Part shown: piece after piece, positions 37,427 to 46,839 of the stretch
How positions within the stretch are numbered: the stretch's first letter is position 1
Layout of the letters: each line of letters starts with the position of its first letter
NCBI GenBank assembly: GCA_035571045.1
Contig: DATMKS010000096.1
Coordinates: 65,028 to 129,027, forward strand
DNA length: 64,000 bases
Origin: Verrucomicrobiia bacterium
Lineage (GTDB): Bacteria; Acidobacteriota; Terriglobia; Acidiferrales; UBA7541
Direction: 5' to 3'
The notes under the pieces: generated by a model
Database searches by the model: none
What the model was told of the DNA's origin: nothing
The model's input: the letters and a program-made list of their open reading frames with translations, nothing else
Made by a program: the position numbers and the translations under genes

Positions 37427-38678
37427 TCGTATTCACAACCTTAACGGCCATGCCATCGTGCAGATCCGTATCTCCGGGCAGCGCGACCATTTCCCCTTCT
37501 TGCAATCCGCTCATCACCTCATAGCTCGTAGCGTCCGCGATCCCCACCTTTATCTCACGCTTTTCCAGAAGCGATTTCCCCACTCCCAATTCGTTGGGCT
37601 TCACAACATACACGTACCGCCGCCCGCCCTCCGACGCCACCGCCCCTCGCGGCACCGCCAAAACATTCAGCCGCTCCCTCGAATTGATCCGCACATTCAC
37701 ATTTATATTCGGCAACAATTCGATCTTGTCGTTATTCACCGCGCACAGCAACTCTCCCACGCTCCGCGTGCCGTGTGGCACCACCTGCTTCGGAATGATC
37801 TCCGTTCTCCCTTGCCAGCTCCTGTTCGGCAAGGCATCCCATGTGATGATCACCGGCTCGTCCGCCTCGAGCCCGCCAAGGTCTGGCTCGTCGATGAACG
37901 CCCTCACCCGCACCTTGTGCAAATCCGCCATCTCCGCCAGCAAGTCGCCTAGCTTCACGTAATCGCCCGCCCTCACCGGCAGCGAATACAGCGTCCCATC
38001 CGCCGGGGCCTCGATACGCCCGTTGTTCACTTTGTCTTCCAGCGCCGCCATTTCGCTCAGCGTCTGCTGTACTTGCAGTTCCCCGCGCTCCGTATCCAAC
38101 CGGGCCTGTTGATCGAACTGCTGCTTCACCGCCAGCAATCGCGTCACTTCCGCCTTCGCGTTCGCCAATGCCTGATCGTTGGCCGCGAGATCCTCTTTCG
38201 TCGCCGCCTGCCCGGCCGCCAACCGCGCCAGCGAATCATGATTCCGCTGCAAACGGTCGCGTTCCCCTTCCGCTTTCGCCAGATCGCCCGCTACTTTCGC
38301 GGCTTCGTCGGCCTTACCACCGGCTCTCGCCGCCCGCAAATCATCCTGCGCCCGCAAAAGTTTTGCCCGAGACTCCGCCAGTTGCGCCGTCACTTCCTTT
38401 ACGTTCAGCTCCAGCAAAAGCTGCCCTTTCTTCACCGTCTGGCCTTCCGTCACATAAATCTTTTTCACAAACGTGTCCAGCTGCGCCCTCACCACGTACG
38501 GAGAAATCGGCTCGACTTTCCCGTTGCTGCTGATCGACGAAACCAGATTCTGCCGCGCTGGCGTCACCGCCGATATTTTCGCCGCCGGCTTTCTCCCGCT
38601 CAGCCACACAAGAAAAATCGCCGCCACGACCGCCAGCAGCAAGGAGATCACAATCCGATTTCGCAGTTTTCGTTCCAT
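37416..38678 (-). CDS. Efflux periplasmic adaptor (MacA/HlyD family)
   Basis: N-terminal TM, EGQTVKKGQLL, IEAPADG, GLQEGE. SD AAGGAG. Confidence 0.9.
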   Translation of the reverse strand: MERKLRNRIVISLLLAVVAAIFLVWLSGRKPAAKISAVTPARQNLVSSISSNGKVEPISPYVVRAQLDTFVKKIYVTEGQTVKKGQLLLELNVKEVTAQLAESRAKLLRAQDDLRAARAGGKADEAAKVAGDLAKAEGERDRLQRNHDSLARLAAGQAATKEDLAANDQALANAKAEVTRLLAVKQQFDQQARLDTERGELQVQQTLSEMAALEDKVNNGRIEAPADGTLYSLPVRAGDYVKLGDLLAEMADLHKVRVRAFIDEPDLGGLEADEPVIITWDALPNRSWQGRTEIIPKQVVPHGTRSVGELLCAVNNDKIELLPNINVNVRINSRERLNVLAVPRGAVASEGGRRYVYVVKPNELGVGKSLLEKREIKVGIADATSYEVMSGLQEGEMVALPGDTDLHDGMAVKVVNTNAS

Positions 38679-39024
38679 GCTCTCCTTTTCCAAGAAGTCC
38701 CGGGCCACGCGCGCCGTGGGGCACACAAAACCCAGCGCCCCAATGCTCTTTTATCGAACTTTTCCGTGGCTTGCTGCCCTATGTCCACTCTATTTCTGAT
38801 GGATCCCGAAGCATTTCATTTTACCAATAGCCGCGCCGCTTTCTCCACACTGGTTCCTATTAAGTGTCTCATCTCCAATACAATACAGATGCGCCGCCTA
38901 CCTCCCAGGATGCGCCCGCCGCGCCGCTTTTCCCCAGCCGAAATATTTCCCTGACCTCATCCGTAGTAGACTGAGAAGCTTTTATTGCCCTGTCTTCCGA
39001 TTGCTGCAAGCAAGGGGTCCATTC

Positions 39025-39774
39025 ATGATCGAAGCTCGTTCCCTGTCCAAGCGCTTCCAGGACAAAAAGCGCGGCGAAATCCGCGCCGTCGATAAAGTCA
39101 CTTTCAGCTGCGAACCCGGCAAAATCTACGGCCTGCTCGGTGCCAACGGCGCCGGCAAAACCACCACCCTCCGCATGCTAGCCACCATCCTCGAGCCCAC
39201 CGACGGCACCGCCACGATCAACGGCTTCGACGTCGTCGAACACCCAGAAAAAGTCCGCGCCAACGTGGGCTTCCTCTCAACCGCCACGGCCCTTTACCCC
39301 CGCCTGACCGCCCAAGAAATGGTCGAATATTTCGGCCGCCTCAACGGCCTCGACGAACCGACTCTCAAGAAACGCATCGAAGACATCTTCTCCCGCCTCG
39401 ATATGAACGGTTTCCGCGATCGCCGCTGCGACAAACTCTCCACCGGCATGAAACAAAAAACCTCAATCGCCCGCACCCTCGTCCACGATCCGCCGGTAAT
39501 GATTTTCGACGAGCCCACCACCGGCCTTGACGTCATGACCGCTCGCACCATCATCGGCTTCATCGCCGACTGCCGCGACCGCGGCAAAACCGTCATCTTT
39601 TCCACGCACATTATGAGCGAGGTCGAGCGCCTCTGCGACCACATCGGGATCATTCACGGCGGCAAACTCCTTGAGGAAGGCACCCTAGCCGAGCTCCGCG
39701 CGAAACACAACGAACACAATCTCGAAGAAATCATCGTAAAAGTCGTTGGCCCGCTCGCCAACGCGGAGGCCTGA
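39025..39774 (+). CDS. natA: ABC ATP-binding protein, NatA-like
   Basis: [27 protein letters not shown]. Confidence 0.85.
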   Translation: MIEARSLSKRFQDKKRGEIRAVDKVTFSCEPGKIYGLLGANGAGKTTTLRMLATILEPTDGTATINGFDVVEHPEKVRANVGFLSTATALYPRLTAQEMVEYFGRLNGLDEPTLKKRIEDIFSRLDMNGFRDRRCDKLSTGMKQKTSIARTLVHDPPVMIFDEPTTGLDVMTARTIIGFIADCRDRGKTVIFSTHIMSEVERLCDHIGIIHGGKLLEEGTLAELRAKHNEHNLEEIIVKVVGPLANAEA

Positions 39775-39779
39775 TCGTC

Positions 39780-40979
39780 ATGAACCTTCATGCAGTGGGC
39801 GTCGTCTATCGCAAGGAACTCACGGAGTGGCTCCGCGACCGCCGCACCCTGATTTCCACGGTCCTAGTCCCTCTGCTCGCCTTTCCTATCCTGATCTCCG
39901 GGATGATTTCGCTCTCGGCGGTCTTAATCGGCGGCGCCAAAAAAGAAGTTCCCAAAATCATGATCATTCACGGCGAAGATTCTCCCGCCGTTGTCGACGC
40001 TTTAAAGTCGAACAAGGAGATCGAAGTCGTTCCCTTCGCGGATAATTGGATGGATCAGATTTCTGACAAACAAATTCGCGCCGCTGTCGAAATCCCCGAA
40101 GGCTTCCAGGCTTCTCTCGACAAGGGCACTACCCAAACCATCCAAATTCATTACTACGAAGGTGAAATCAAATCCGAATTTGGCGCCGAACACGTTGAAA
40201 AATCTCTAAAAGCCTATCGGGACGATCTCGTCAAAAAGCGCCTCGAAGCGAAAAACCTGCCCGACACCCTAATCGCTCCCTTCGACACCAAACAGCACAA
40301 CGTCGCTCCGCCTGAAAAAGTCGGCGGCTCCACCATCGGCAGCATGATCGGCTACATGGTCATCATTCTTTCGATGACCGGCGCCATCTACCCCGCCATC
40401 GACCTCACCGCCGGCGAAAAAGAGCGCGGCACCATGGAGACCATTCTCTCGAGTCCCGTCTCTCGCCTCGACCTCGTACTCGGAAAATTTCTCTTAGTCT
40501 TTTCCGCCTCTCTCACTACCGCGATCCTCTCCGTCACGTCCATGGGCCTTTCCTTCGCCTACATGGGCCACGCCCTCGCGAAGACCTCCGGCGCCGGCAT
40601 TCACATGAATCTCGGCCTAACTTCCGTCGTCGCCGTTTTTCTGATGGCGCTCCCGCTCTCCGTCCTCTTCTCCGCGGTGCTAATGACCGTCGCCCTCTTC
40701 GCCAAGACCTACAAAGAAGCCCAAAGCTATCTCACTCCCATGACCTTCATCGTCGTCATCCCCGCCGTAGCCAGCGTCCTTCCAGGCGTCGAACTGACTC
40801 CCAAACTCGCCCTAATTCCCATCCTCAACACCAGCCTGGTCTGCAAAGAAATCATCACCGGCACCTATCATTGGGGTTCGATTGCGACGATCTTCGCCTC
40901 CACCTGCGTCTACGCCGCCGTAGCCATCTTTGTCGCCGTCAAAACTTTCCAGCGCGAATCCGTTCTCTTCCGCTCCTGA
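39780..40979 (+). CDS. natB: ABC permease, NatB-like
   Basis: RKELTEWLRDRRT; AIDLTAGEKERGTMETIL; KTYKEAQSY. Confidence 0.85.
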   Translation: MNLHAVGVVYRKELTEWLRDRRTLISTVLVPLLAFPILISGMISLSAVLIGGAKKEVPKIMIIHGEDSPAVVDALKSNKEIEVVPFADNWMDQISDKQIRAAVEIPEGFQASLDKGTTQTIQIHYYEGEIKSEFGAEHVEKSLKAYRDDLVKKRLEAKNLPDTLIAPFDTKQHNVAPPEKVGGSTIGSMIGYMVIILSMTGAIYPAIDLTAGEKERGTMETILSSPVSRLDLVLGKFLLVFSASLTTAILSVTSMGLSFAYMGHALAKTSGAGIHMNLGLTSVVAVFLMALPLSVLFSAVLMTVALFAKTYKEAQSYLTPMTFIVVIPAVASVLPGVELTPKLALIPILNTSLVCKEIITGTYHWGSIATIFASTCVYAAVAIFVAVKTFQRESVLFRS

Positions 40980-41014
40980 TCCCGGCGCCTTCGCGCACCG
41001 CACCATCCTCCCAT

Positions 41015-41039
41015 GTAGAGGCGCAAAACATTGCGTCCC
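41015..41039. repeat. GTAG-type REP-like hairpin
   Basis: GTAGAGGCGCAAAACATTGCGTCCC. Confidence 0.45.
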
Positions 41040-41206
41040 AGCTCGGCAGCCATCATGCCGGCAGCAACGAAAGCCGCCTTCTGGTCGAGCTCGTCGTAAC
41101 TCTTTTGACCAGTCCACGTATTTGTTTGGGCGGCTCTCCCTCCGTCCGGTGTCCAATAGAAGAGGCCCCCCAAGGGTCTAATCACTGCTCTTCCACGGAT
41201 TCCTTT

Positions 41207-41668
41207 ATGAGATTTATCGAGAGCCAATGGACTCCATCCGCAAAGCAGCGGCGCACTCGGCCTCGCAGCGTGCTAGAGGTCTCCGGCTTCGCCGGCATCC
41301 TGCTCGCCCTACTTTTCCTAATGATGTTCGGTCTCTTGTATCCCGCGCATCCCCTACAAGCGCCCGTTGACATGTCGGTCACCGAACACTCCACGCTAGA
41401 GCCCGCCGCACTCCGCGAAGACGCCCTGGAAGTCGCCATCTCGCGCGATGGCACGGTCTATTTTCGCAATCACCGGGGCTCGGCGAGCGACCTGCCGGTC
41501 CTGCTCCGCCAAGCCGTCGGCGACGGCGCCGAAAAAACGGTCTACGTCAAAGCCGACGCGCGCGCCAAATACGGCGACGTCAAAACGGTCCTAGACCAAA
41601 TCCGCCAAGCCGGCCTTCAAAACATCACTTTCCTCACCGAACACCCACCTGCTGCCTCCACTCCGTAG
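41207..41668 (+). CDS. exbD: ExbD/TolR-family protein, atypical
   Basis: Single TM; VAISRDG; VYVKADARAKYGDV..VLD..RQAG...ITFLTE. Confidence 0.82.
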   Translation: MRFIESQWTPSAKQRRTRPRSVLEVSGFAGILLALLFLMMFGLLYPAHPLQAPVDMSVTEHSTLEPAALREDALEVAISRDGTVYFRNHRGSASDLPVLLRQAVGDGAEKTVYVKADARAKYGDVKTVLDQIRQAGLQNITFLTEHPPAASTP

Positions 41669-41744
41669 GGGCTCTGCACATTTGCCCTGTCTTCCACGGG
41701 AAACGATGGGATCCTCCAAGGGCCGCGCCAACTTTGTGGACTGC

Positions 41745-41767
41745 GGCGGCTCCGCAGCCGCCTTTTT
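41745..41767 (+). terminator. Rho-independent terminator
   Basis: GGCGGCT-CCGC-AGCCGCC-TTTTT. Confidence 0.65.
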
Positions 41768-41788
41768 GTCGCCGAACTTTGCACAATT

Positions 41789-42124
41789 TCACCCCGGCCC
41801 GCGTTCCTTCGCCCGTTTCGCCATCTCTTGGCTCCTGCCCTTCCTCCATGGACCCAACACCGAATAACAAGGCGTAGCCGTCACGCTACTTTTTTTCACT
41901 GCCAACAACTTCCGTCGCACCAACCACCCCACCGCCCCCTGGACCGAACTCTTCGATACGCCAATGCACTCTGACAACTCTCGGTAACTAATCTCCACCG
42001 GCCCGCACCTTCGCCCTGACTCCGCCGCCAGCCAAACATACGCCAAAAAACACACTGGCCTCCGGTCGTGCCCCACCAGGTCCCGCATCAGCACGTCCAC
42101 GACGTAATCATCCAGAGAAATCAT
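41789..42124 (-). CDS. Small winged-HTH protein
   Basis: SYRELSECIGVSKSSVQGAVGWLVRRKLL. Confidence 0.8.
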   Translation of the reverse strand: MISLDDYVVDVLMRDLVGHDRRPVCFLAYVWLAAESGRRCGPVEISYRELSECIGVSKSSVQGAVGWLVRRKLLAVKKSSVTATPCYSVLGPWRKGRSQEMAKRAKERGPG

Positions 42125-42125
42125 A

Positions 42126-42148
42126 GCTATACCAACCATTCGTATAGC
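42126..42148. promoter_or_regulatory. Inverted repeat, probable operator between the divergent HTH and VOC genes
   Basis: GCTATAC-N9-GTATAGC. Confidence 0.5.
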
Positions 42149-42218
42149 AACGCCTGGCTGATTGCAATCCCCAATCGCCGCAAGTTATCTTCTCGAAAGT
42201 TCGCCAAAGGAGGCCCGC

Positions 42219-42584
42219 ATGATTCGCGGCATCAAATTCATCAGCGTCCCCGTCAGCAATCAGGACGTTTCCCTGAAGTTCTTCACCGAAGCCCTCGGCT
42301 TCAAAGTCGTCACCGATCAGCCTTACACCGAGAAGCAGCGCTGGATCGAGCTCTCCATTCCCGGTTCGCCAACCGGCCTCGCCCTCTTCACCCCCGACGG
42401 CCACGAAGACCGCATCGGCCAATTCCAGTCCATCGCCTTCTGGTGCGACGACCTCTTCGCCACCGCCAAAATCCTCAAATCCAAAGGCGTCCAATTCACC
42501 AAGGAGCCCAAAAAAGAAGAATGGGGCTCCAGCAGCGCTTTCAAAGATCCCGACGGCAACCAGTTCGCCCTCTCCAGCAAATAG
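42219..42584 (+). CDS. VOC/glyoxalase-family protein
   Basis: SD AAGGAGG; FFTEALGF, RWIEL, FKDPDGN. Confidence 0.92.
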   Translation: MIRGIKFISVPVSNQDVSLKFFTEALGFKVVTDQPYTEKQRWIELSIPGSPTGLALFTPDGHEDRIGQFQSIAFWCDDLFATAKILKSKGVQFTKEPKKEEWGSSSAFKDPDGNQFALSSK

Positions 42585-42749
42585 CGAAGCCGCGCTAAAA
42601 TGATATTGTCGCAAACCCCTGGCACGTAAATCCCGCGTTTTGATGTTCTTACCGAAACATGGGCGGAGGAGTGGCATGGCCTAGGGGGATACGGATCTCC
42701 AACCGTTCCTGAACAAGGCCACCCGTTTCCTCGTATATTAAATAAGACT

Positions 42750-43790
42750 ATGTCGATGACGTTACGCCGCCGCCTAGTCCGTATCCTGCTGATCCTCCTC
42801 CTCTTGCCACCGATCCTGGCAGGCGTCGCTGGCTGGCTAGTCGCCCCCGGCTTCCTTCACCCCATGCGCCGCGAGCTCACCCCCGATCTGATTCGCGAAG
42901 CCGACGCCTCCTTCGCCCACAGTGGTGGCCACTGTGAAGACTTCAACGTCCGCGCCCCGGACGGCATCCTCCTCCACGGCTGGATCGTCCGCCCCGATCA
43001 CCCTAACGGCAACTGGGTCCTCCTCTTCCACGGCGTCGCCGACAACCGAGTCGGCGTCATCGGCCAGTCCGAATTCCTCCTGCGCGCCGGGTACAGCGTC
43101 GTCATGATGGACGCCCGCGCCCACGGCTCGAGCGAAGGCCAACTCGCCACTTACGGCTGGCTAGAACGCAACGACACCGGCGCCATCATCGACGCTCTAC
43201 TCGGCCAGATCCGTCGACGAAGAACCGACCTACAAGTGCAGCTAGGCTACACACCACCCGCGTCTCTAGGAGAGTTTCCCGAACGGTCTCCAGCGCCGCC
43301 GCCCCCGACTCCGCACATCTTCGCTCTCGGCGAATCCATGGGTGCCGGCATTGCTCTACAATCCGCCGGAGCCGATCCGCGCATCGAAGCCGTCGTCGCC
43401 GAAGCCGCTTTCGCCAACCTGCGCGAAGCCTCTTACGATTACGCCGGTTTACGCCGCTCCCCGCTGCTCGGCAAGACGATCTTCGCGCCGTTCAGTTGGA
43501 TGCTCCTCTATCGTGGCGAAAAACTCACCGGCCTCCCCGTCGCCGAAGTTTCTCCAGAAAAAGCGGTCGCGACGCGTGCCTTCCCCGTCCTACTAATTTG
43601 CGACGAAAAAGACGAAGCCCTCCCCTGCCGCCACACACGACGCATCTACGCCGCCGCCCGCGGCCCCAAACAAATCTGGGAAGTCCCCGGCGCCTTCCAC
43701 ACCGCCGCCATCGGTTTCCAACCTGTCGAATTCCGGCGCCGCGTCCAGGAATTCTTCGCTAACGTGACGCAAGGCCAGCCCGTCCAATAG
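42750..43790 (+). CDS. Membrane-anchored alpha/beta hydrolase
   Basis: FHGVAD, DARAHGSSEG, GESMG nucleophile, catalytic-like D (DEKDE) and H (GAFHT). Confidence 0.9.
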   Translation: MSMTLRRRLVRILLILLLLPPILAGVAGWLVAPGFLHPMRRELTPDLIREADASFAHSGGHCEDFNVRAPDGILLHGWIVRPDHPNGNWVLLFHGVADNRVGVIGQSEFLLRAGYSVVMMDARAHGSSEGQLATYGWLERNDTGAIIDALLGQIRRRRTDLQVQLGYTPPASLGEFPERSPAPPPPTPHIFALGESMGAGIALQSAGADPRIEAVVAEAAFANLREASYDYAGLRRSPLLGKTIFAPFSWMLLYRGEKLTGLPVAEVSPEKAVATRAFPVLLICDEKDEALPCRHTRRIYAAARGPKQIWEVPGAFHTAAIGFQPVEFRRRVQEFFANVTQGQPVQ

Positions 43791-43794
43791 CCAG

Positions 43795-43865
43795 GTAGCA
43801 CAGACATTCCTTTCTGTGCGGGTTTTTGCGCCGATAGTTTTGTGGGACAGGCATTTTTGCCTGTC
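43795..43865. repeat. Pair of GTAG/GTGG REP-like hairpins
   Basis: GTAGCACAGACATTCCTTTCTGTGC and GTGGGACAGGCATTTTTGCCTGTC. Confidence 0.6.
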
Positions 43866-43989
43866 GCCTTCTGTTGCAGGCGAAGCGACGCAGTTGCTAG
43901 AACAAGAATCTATAGCACCAAAGTGAGTCACTCGCGCCAAAAGGTGCAGCGCCGGTCTTTTCTCCCCCGCGTGCTAAAATTGCTCTTTC

Positions 43990-45084
43990 ATGTCCAACGC
44001 TCCCCTCATCTCGGTCCACGCCCTCTCCAAGCACTACCGCAGTTTCAAGCGGCGCGAAGGCATCCTCGGCGGCCTGCAAAATCTTTTTCACCGCGAATAC
44101 CAGACCGTCAAAGCCGTCGAAAACATAAACTTTGAAATTGGCCGCGGCGAAATGGTTGGCTACATCGGCCCCAACGGCGCCGGCAAATCAACCACCATCA
44201 AAATGCTCACAGGCATCCTGGTGCCGACCTCCGGCGAAATGATCTCCAACGGTTTCGTCCCCTGGAAGCAGCGCGCCGCCTACGTAAAAACCATCGGCGT
44301 CGTCTTCGGCCAGCGGACGCAACTCTGGTGGGACATCGCCGCCGTCGAATCCTTTAAACTCCTCCGCCGCATCTACGACGTTTCGCAGCGTGACTACGAC
44401 GAGCGCATGGAACTCTTTAACCAAGTCCTCGGCCTGAGCGAGCTTCTCGATGTCCCGGTGCGCAAGCTGTCGCTAGGCCAGCGCATGCGCTGCGACCTCG
44501 CCGCCGCTCTCCTCCACAATCCGCCGATTCTTTTTCTCGACGAGCCCACCATCGGCCTCGACGTCGTCGCCAAGGACCACATTCGCCAATTTCTTCGCGC
44601 CATCAACCAGCGCTACAAAACCACGGTGCTCCTCACCACACACGATCTCGACGACATCGAAGAACTCTGTCGCCGCATCATGATCATTGACCGCGGCACA
44701 GTCCTCTACGATGGCCCGCTCTCCCGCCTGAAAGAGCAATTCCTCCGCACCAAGCAGATCAAATTCATCCTGCGCGACGGCGATCAAAGCGCGCGCCTCG
44801 CCGCCTTCGAGCGGAATCTCCCCGCGCTCGCACCGAATGGCACTAGCGGTGCCGCCACGCTGCATCTCGAGCGCCTCGATGAAATGACCTGCCGCCTGCG
44901 CTTCGACCGCGCCCGTGTTTCTTCCAGCGATCTGATTCGCCAGATTCTCGCGGCCGTCGATGTGCGCGACTTCGTCATCGAAGACGAACCCATCGAAGAA
45001 ATTATCAAGCGCATCTATTCCGGCGAGGCCGAAATGAGCCTCTGTCAACCCGAGGAGAAGAACGGTTCACCAGTGAGCCGGTAA
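43990..45084 (+). CDS. ABC ATP-binding protein (ABC-2 type)
   Basis: GPNGAGKST, FGQRTQLWWD, LSLGQRMR, LDEPTIGLD. Confidence 0.92.
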   Translation: MSNAPLISVHALSKHYRSFKRREGILGGLQNLFHREYQTVKAVENINFEIGRGEMVGYIGPNGAGKSTTIKMLTGILVPTSGEMISNGFVPWKQRAAYVKTIGVVFGQRTQLWWDIAAVESFKLLRRIYDVSQRDYDERMELFNQVLGLSELLDVPVRKLSLGQRMRCDLAAALLHNPPILFLDEPTIGLDVVAKDHIRQFLRAINQRYKTTVLLTTHDLDDIEELCRRIMIIDRGTVLYDGPLSRLKEQFLRTKQIKFILRDGDQSARLAAFERNLPALAPNGTSGAATLHLERLDEMTCRLRFDRARVSSSDLIRQILAAVDVRDFVIEDEPIEEIIKRIYSGEAEMSLCQPEEKNGSPVSR

Positions 45085-45101
45085 AATCACGAACAATCGA
45101 A

Positions 45102-45953
45102 ATGGCTGCAGCGCAAACACTCCCGCTTCCCATCCGCAAGCTTTCGCCGCTCGCCGGCCTGAAGGTTTACGCCGAATTCGTCCGCATCGGCTTTGTCAAC
45201 ATTCTTGCGTTCCGCTTGCGCTACTACACCGGAATCATCACGTATCTCATCAACGTCACGGTCTACTACTTCATTTGGCGCGCCGTCTTTGCAAACTCGA
45301 CCGGCTCCATCGCCGGATTTTCGCTGCCGCAAATCCTCACCTACGTCAGCGCCGGCTGGATTCTCCGCTCTTTTTACTGGAACACCATCGATCAGGAAAT
45401 GGCCTACGAAGTCATCGACGGCAAGATCGCGATGGATTTCATCAAGCCCGTCTCCGTGCAGGGCATGTGGCTCGCTCGCGCCATGGGCGAATCCGCGTTC
45501 CGCCTCATCCTTCTCACCGCGCCAACAGCCATCGTCGTCACGCTTCTGTTCCCTGTATTGCCGCCGGCTTCAAAACTGAACTTCGCTCTCTTCCTCGTCG
45601 CTGCCATTGGCAGCTTTTTCATCATGGGTGCGCTAAATTTCATTATTGGCACGTGCGCGATCCCTCTCACGTCCATCCTGGCCTTGATTCGCGCGAAATT
45701 CTGGCTCATCGAACTTTTAAGCGGCCTACTCATCCCATTGAATTTTTTCCCTCGCCCGCTGCAAGTCATTTCCTCATGGCTCCCCTTCGAGCACATCGCC
45801 TACACCCCGCTGCAAATCTACCTCGGCCGTCTTTCGCTCTCCCAAACGCTTCGTTTGCTCGCCGTAGAGTATTTCTGGGTCGCCGCGCTCCTCTTTCTCG
45901 GCCATCTCTGGTGGATACGCGCCACCCGCAAAATCACCATCCACGGCGGCTAG
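45102..45953 (+). CDS. ABC-2 family permease
   Basis: 6-TM pattern; LSGLLIPL..FP; LPF; C-terminal IHGG. Confidence 0.87.
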   Translation: MAAAQTLPLPIRKLSPLAGLKVYAEFVRIGFVNILAFRLRYYTGIITYLINVTVYYFIWRAVFANSTGSIAGFSLPQILTYVSAGWILRSFYWNTIDQEMAYEVIDGKIAMDFIKPVSVQGMWLARAMGESAFRLILLTAPTAIVVTLLFPVLPPASKLNFALFLVAAIGSFFIMGALNFIIGTCAIPLTSILALIRAKFWLIELLSGLLIPLNFFPRPLQVISSWLPFEHIAYTPLQIYLGRLSLSQTLRLLAVEYFWVAALLFLGHLWWIRATRKITIHGG

Positions 45954-46766
45954 ATGCACGAAGCTCTCCGCAATTTCAGACGCCACGCCGCTCTGCTCGG
46001 CTCCTACTTTGCGCAGTATGCAAAGGTGCGGGTCAGCTATCGCGGCGACTTTTTCATCTCCGCCGCAACCTCCATGGCCGCCACGATTTTCTCGCTCGGA
46101 TTTGTCTTCGTACTTTTCAAGCGGATTCCCTCTCTTTCCAACTGGCGCATGGAAGAGGTCATTTTTCTTTACGGCTTTTCGCTTATTCCGTTCGGACTTT
46201 TCAATGTCTTCTCTCTCAACCTTTATGAGTTCGGGGCCACTTACATCATGGAAGGAAAATTCGACCGCGTTCTGCTCCGCCCGCTTTCTTCGCTTTTCCA
46301 GGTGGTCTTCGACGCTTTTCGCATTGAGTCCTTGCAGGAGGTTGTCGTCGGACTCGTCGTGGTGATCTGGGCGGCGCGCCGCCTTCAATATCACTGGCAA
46401 GTGGTCGACCTTCTTCTCCTCGCGCTCTTCGCGCTTTCTGGCGGCGTGATCTATCTCTCCGTCTTTCTTTTCCTTTCCACGTTTTCTTTCTGGTTCGAGG
46501 ACCGCATCGGCATCCACCCGCCTTTCTGGAATCTTCTCGCTTTCGGCCGCTATCCGCTCTCCATCTATTCCAGCTATATCCAGTTTCTGCTGAGCTGGAT
46601 CATTCCGTTCGGCTTCGCTACGTTTTATCCTGCGTCGCGCCTGCTCGGCCGCCCCGAGTTCCGCGTCTACGCATCGCTCATTCCTCTCGTCGCTGCGGCG
46701 ACCTTCGCGCTGGCCGTCACGGCATGGCGTATCGGCCTGCGCCGCTATTCCTCGACTGGCTCGTAG
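45954..46766 (+). CDS. ABC-2 family permease
   Basis: GKFDRVLLRPL; YPLSIY; C-terminal RYSSTGS. Confidence 0.87.
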   Translation: MHEALRNFRRHAALLGSYFAQYAKVRVSYRGDFFISAATSMAATIFSLGFVFVLFKRIPSLSNWRMEEVIFLYGFSLIPFGLFNVFSLNLYEFGATYIMEGKFDRVLLRPLSSLFQVVFDAFRIESLQEVVVGLVVVIWAARRLQYHWQVVDLLLLALFALSGGVIYLSVFLFLSTFSFWFEDRIGIHPPFWNLLAFGRYPLSIYSSYIQFLLSWIIPFGFATFYPASRLLGRPEFRVYASLIPLVAAATFALAVTAWRIGLRRYSSTGS

Positions 46767-46787
46767 AAAAGAAAGAAAAAGAATTAT

Positions 46788-46823
46788 ACAGAGGGCGCAG
46801 AGAGCACAGGGTACACGGAGAAG
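46788..46823. repeat. Four degenerate tandem 9-mers between convergent genes
   Basis: ACAGAGGGC GCAGAGAGC ACAGGGTAC ACGGAGAAG. Confidence 0.55.
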
Positions 46824-46839
46824 AGAAGAAAACAGGGGT

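Noticed and set aside
40871-41206. Long N-terminal extension of the ExbD ORF
   Set aside because: Overlaps natB and a REP-like hairpin; ATG 41207 gives a normal ExbD length.
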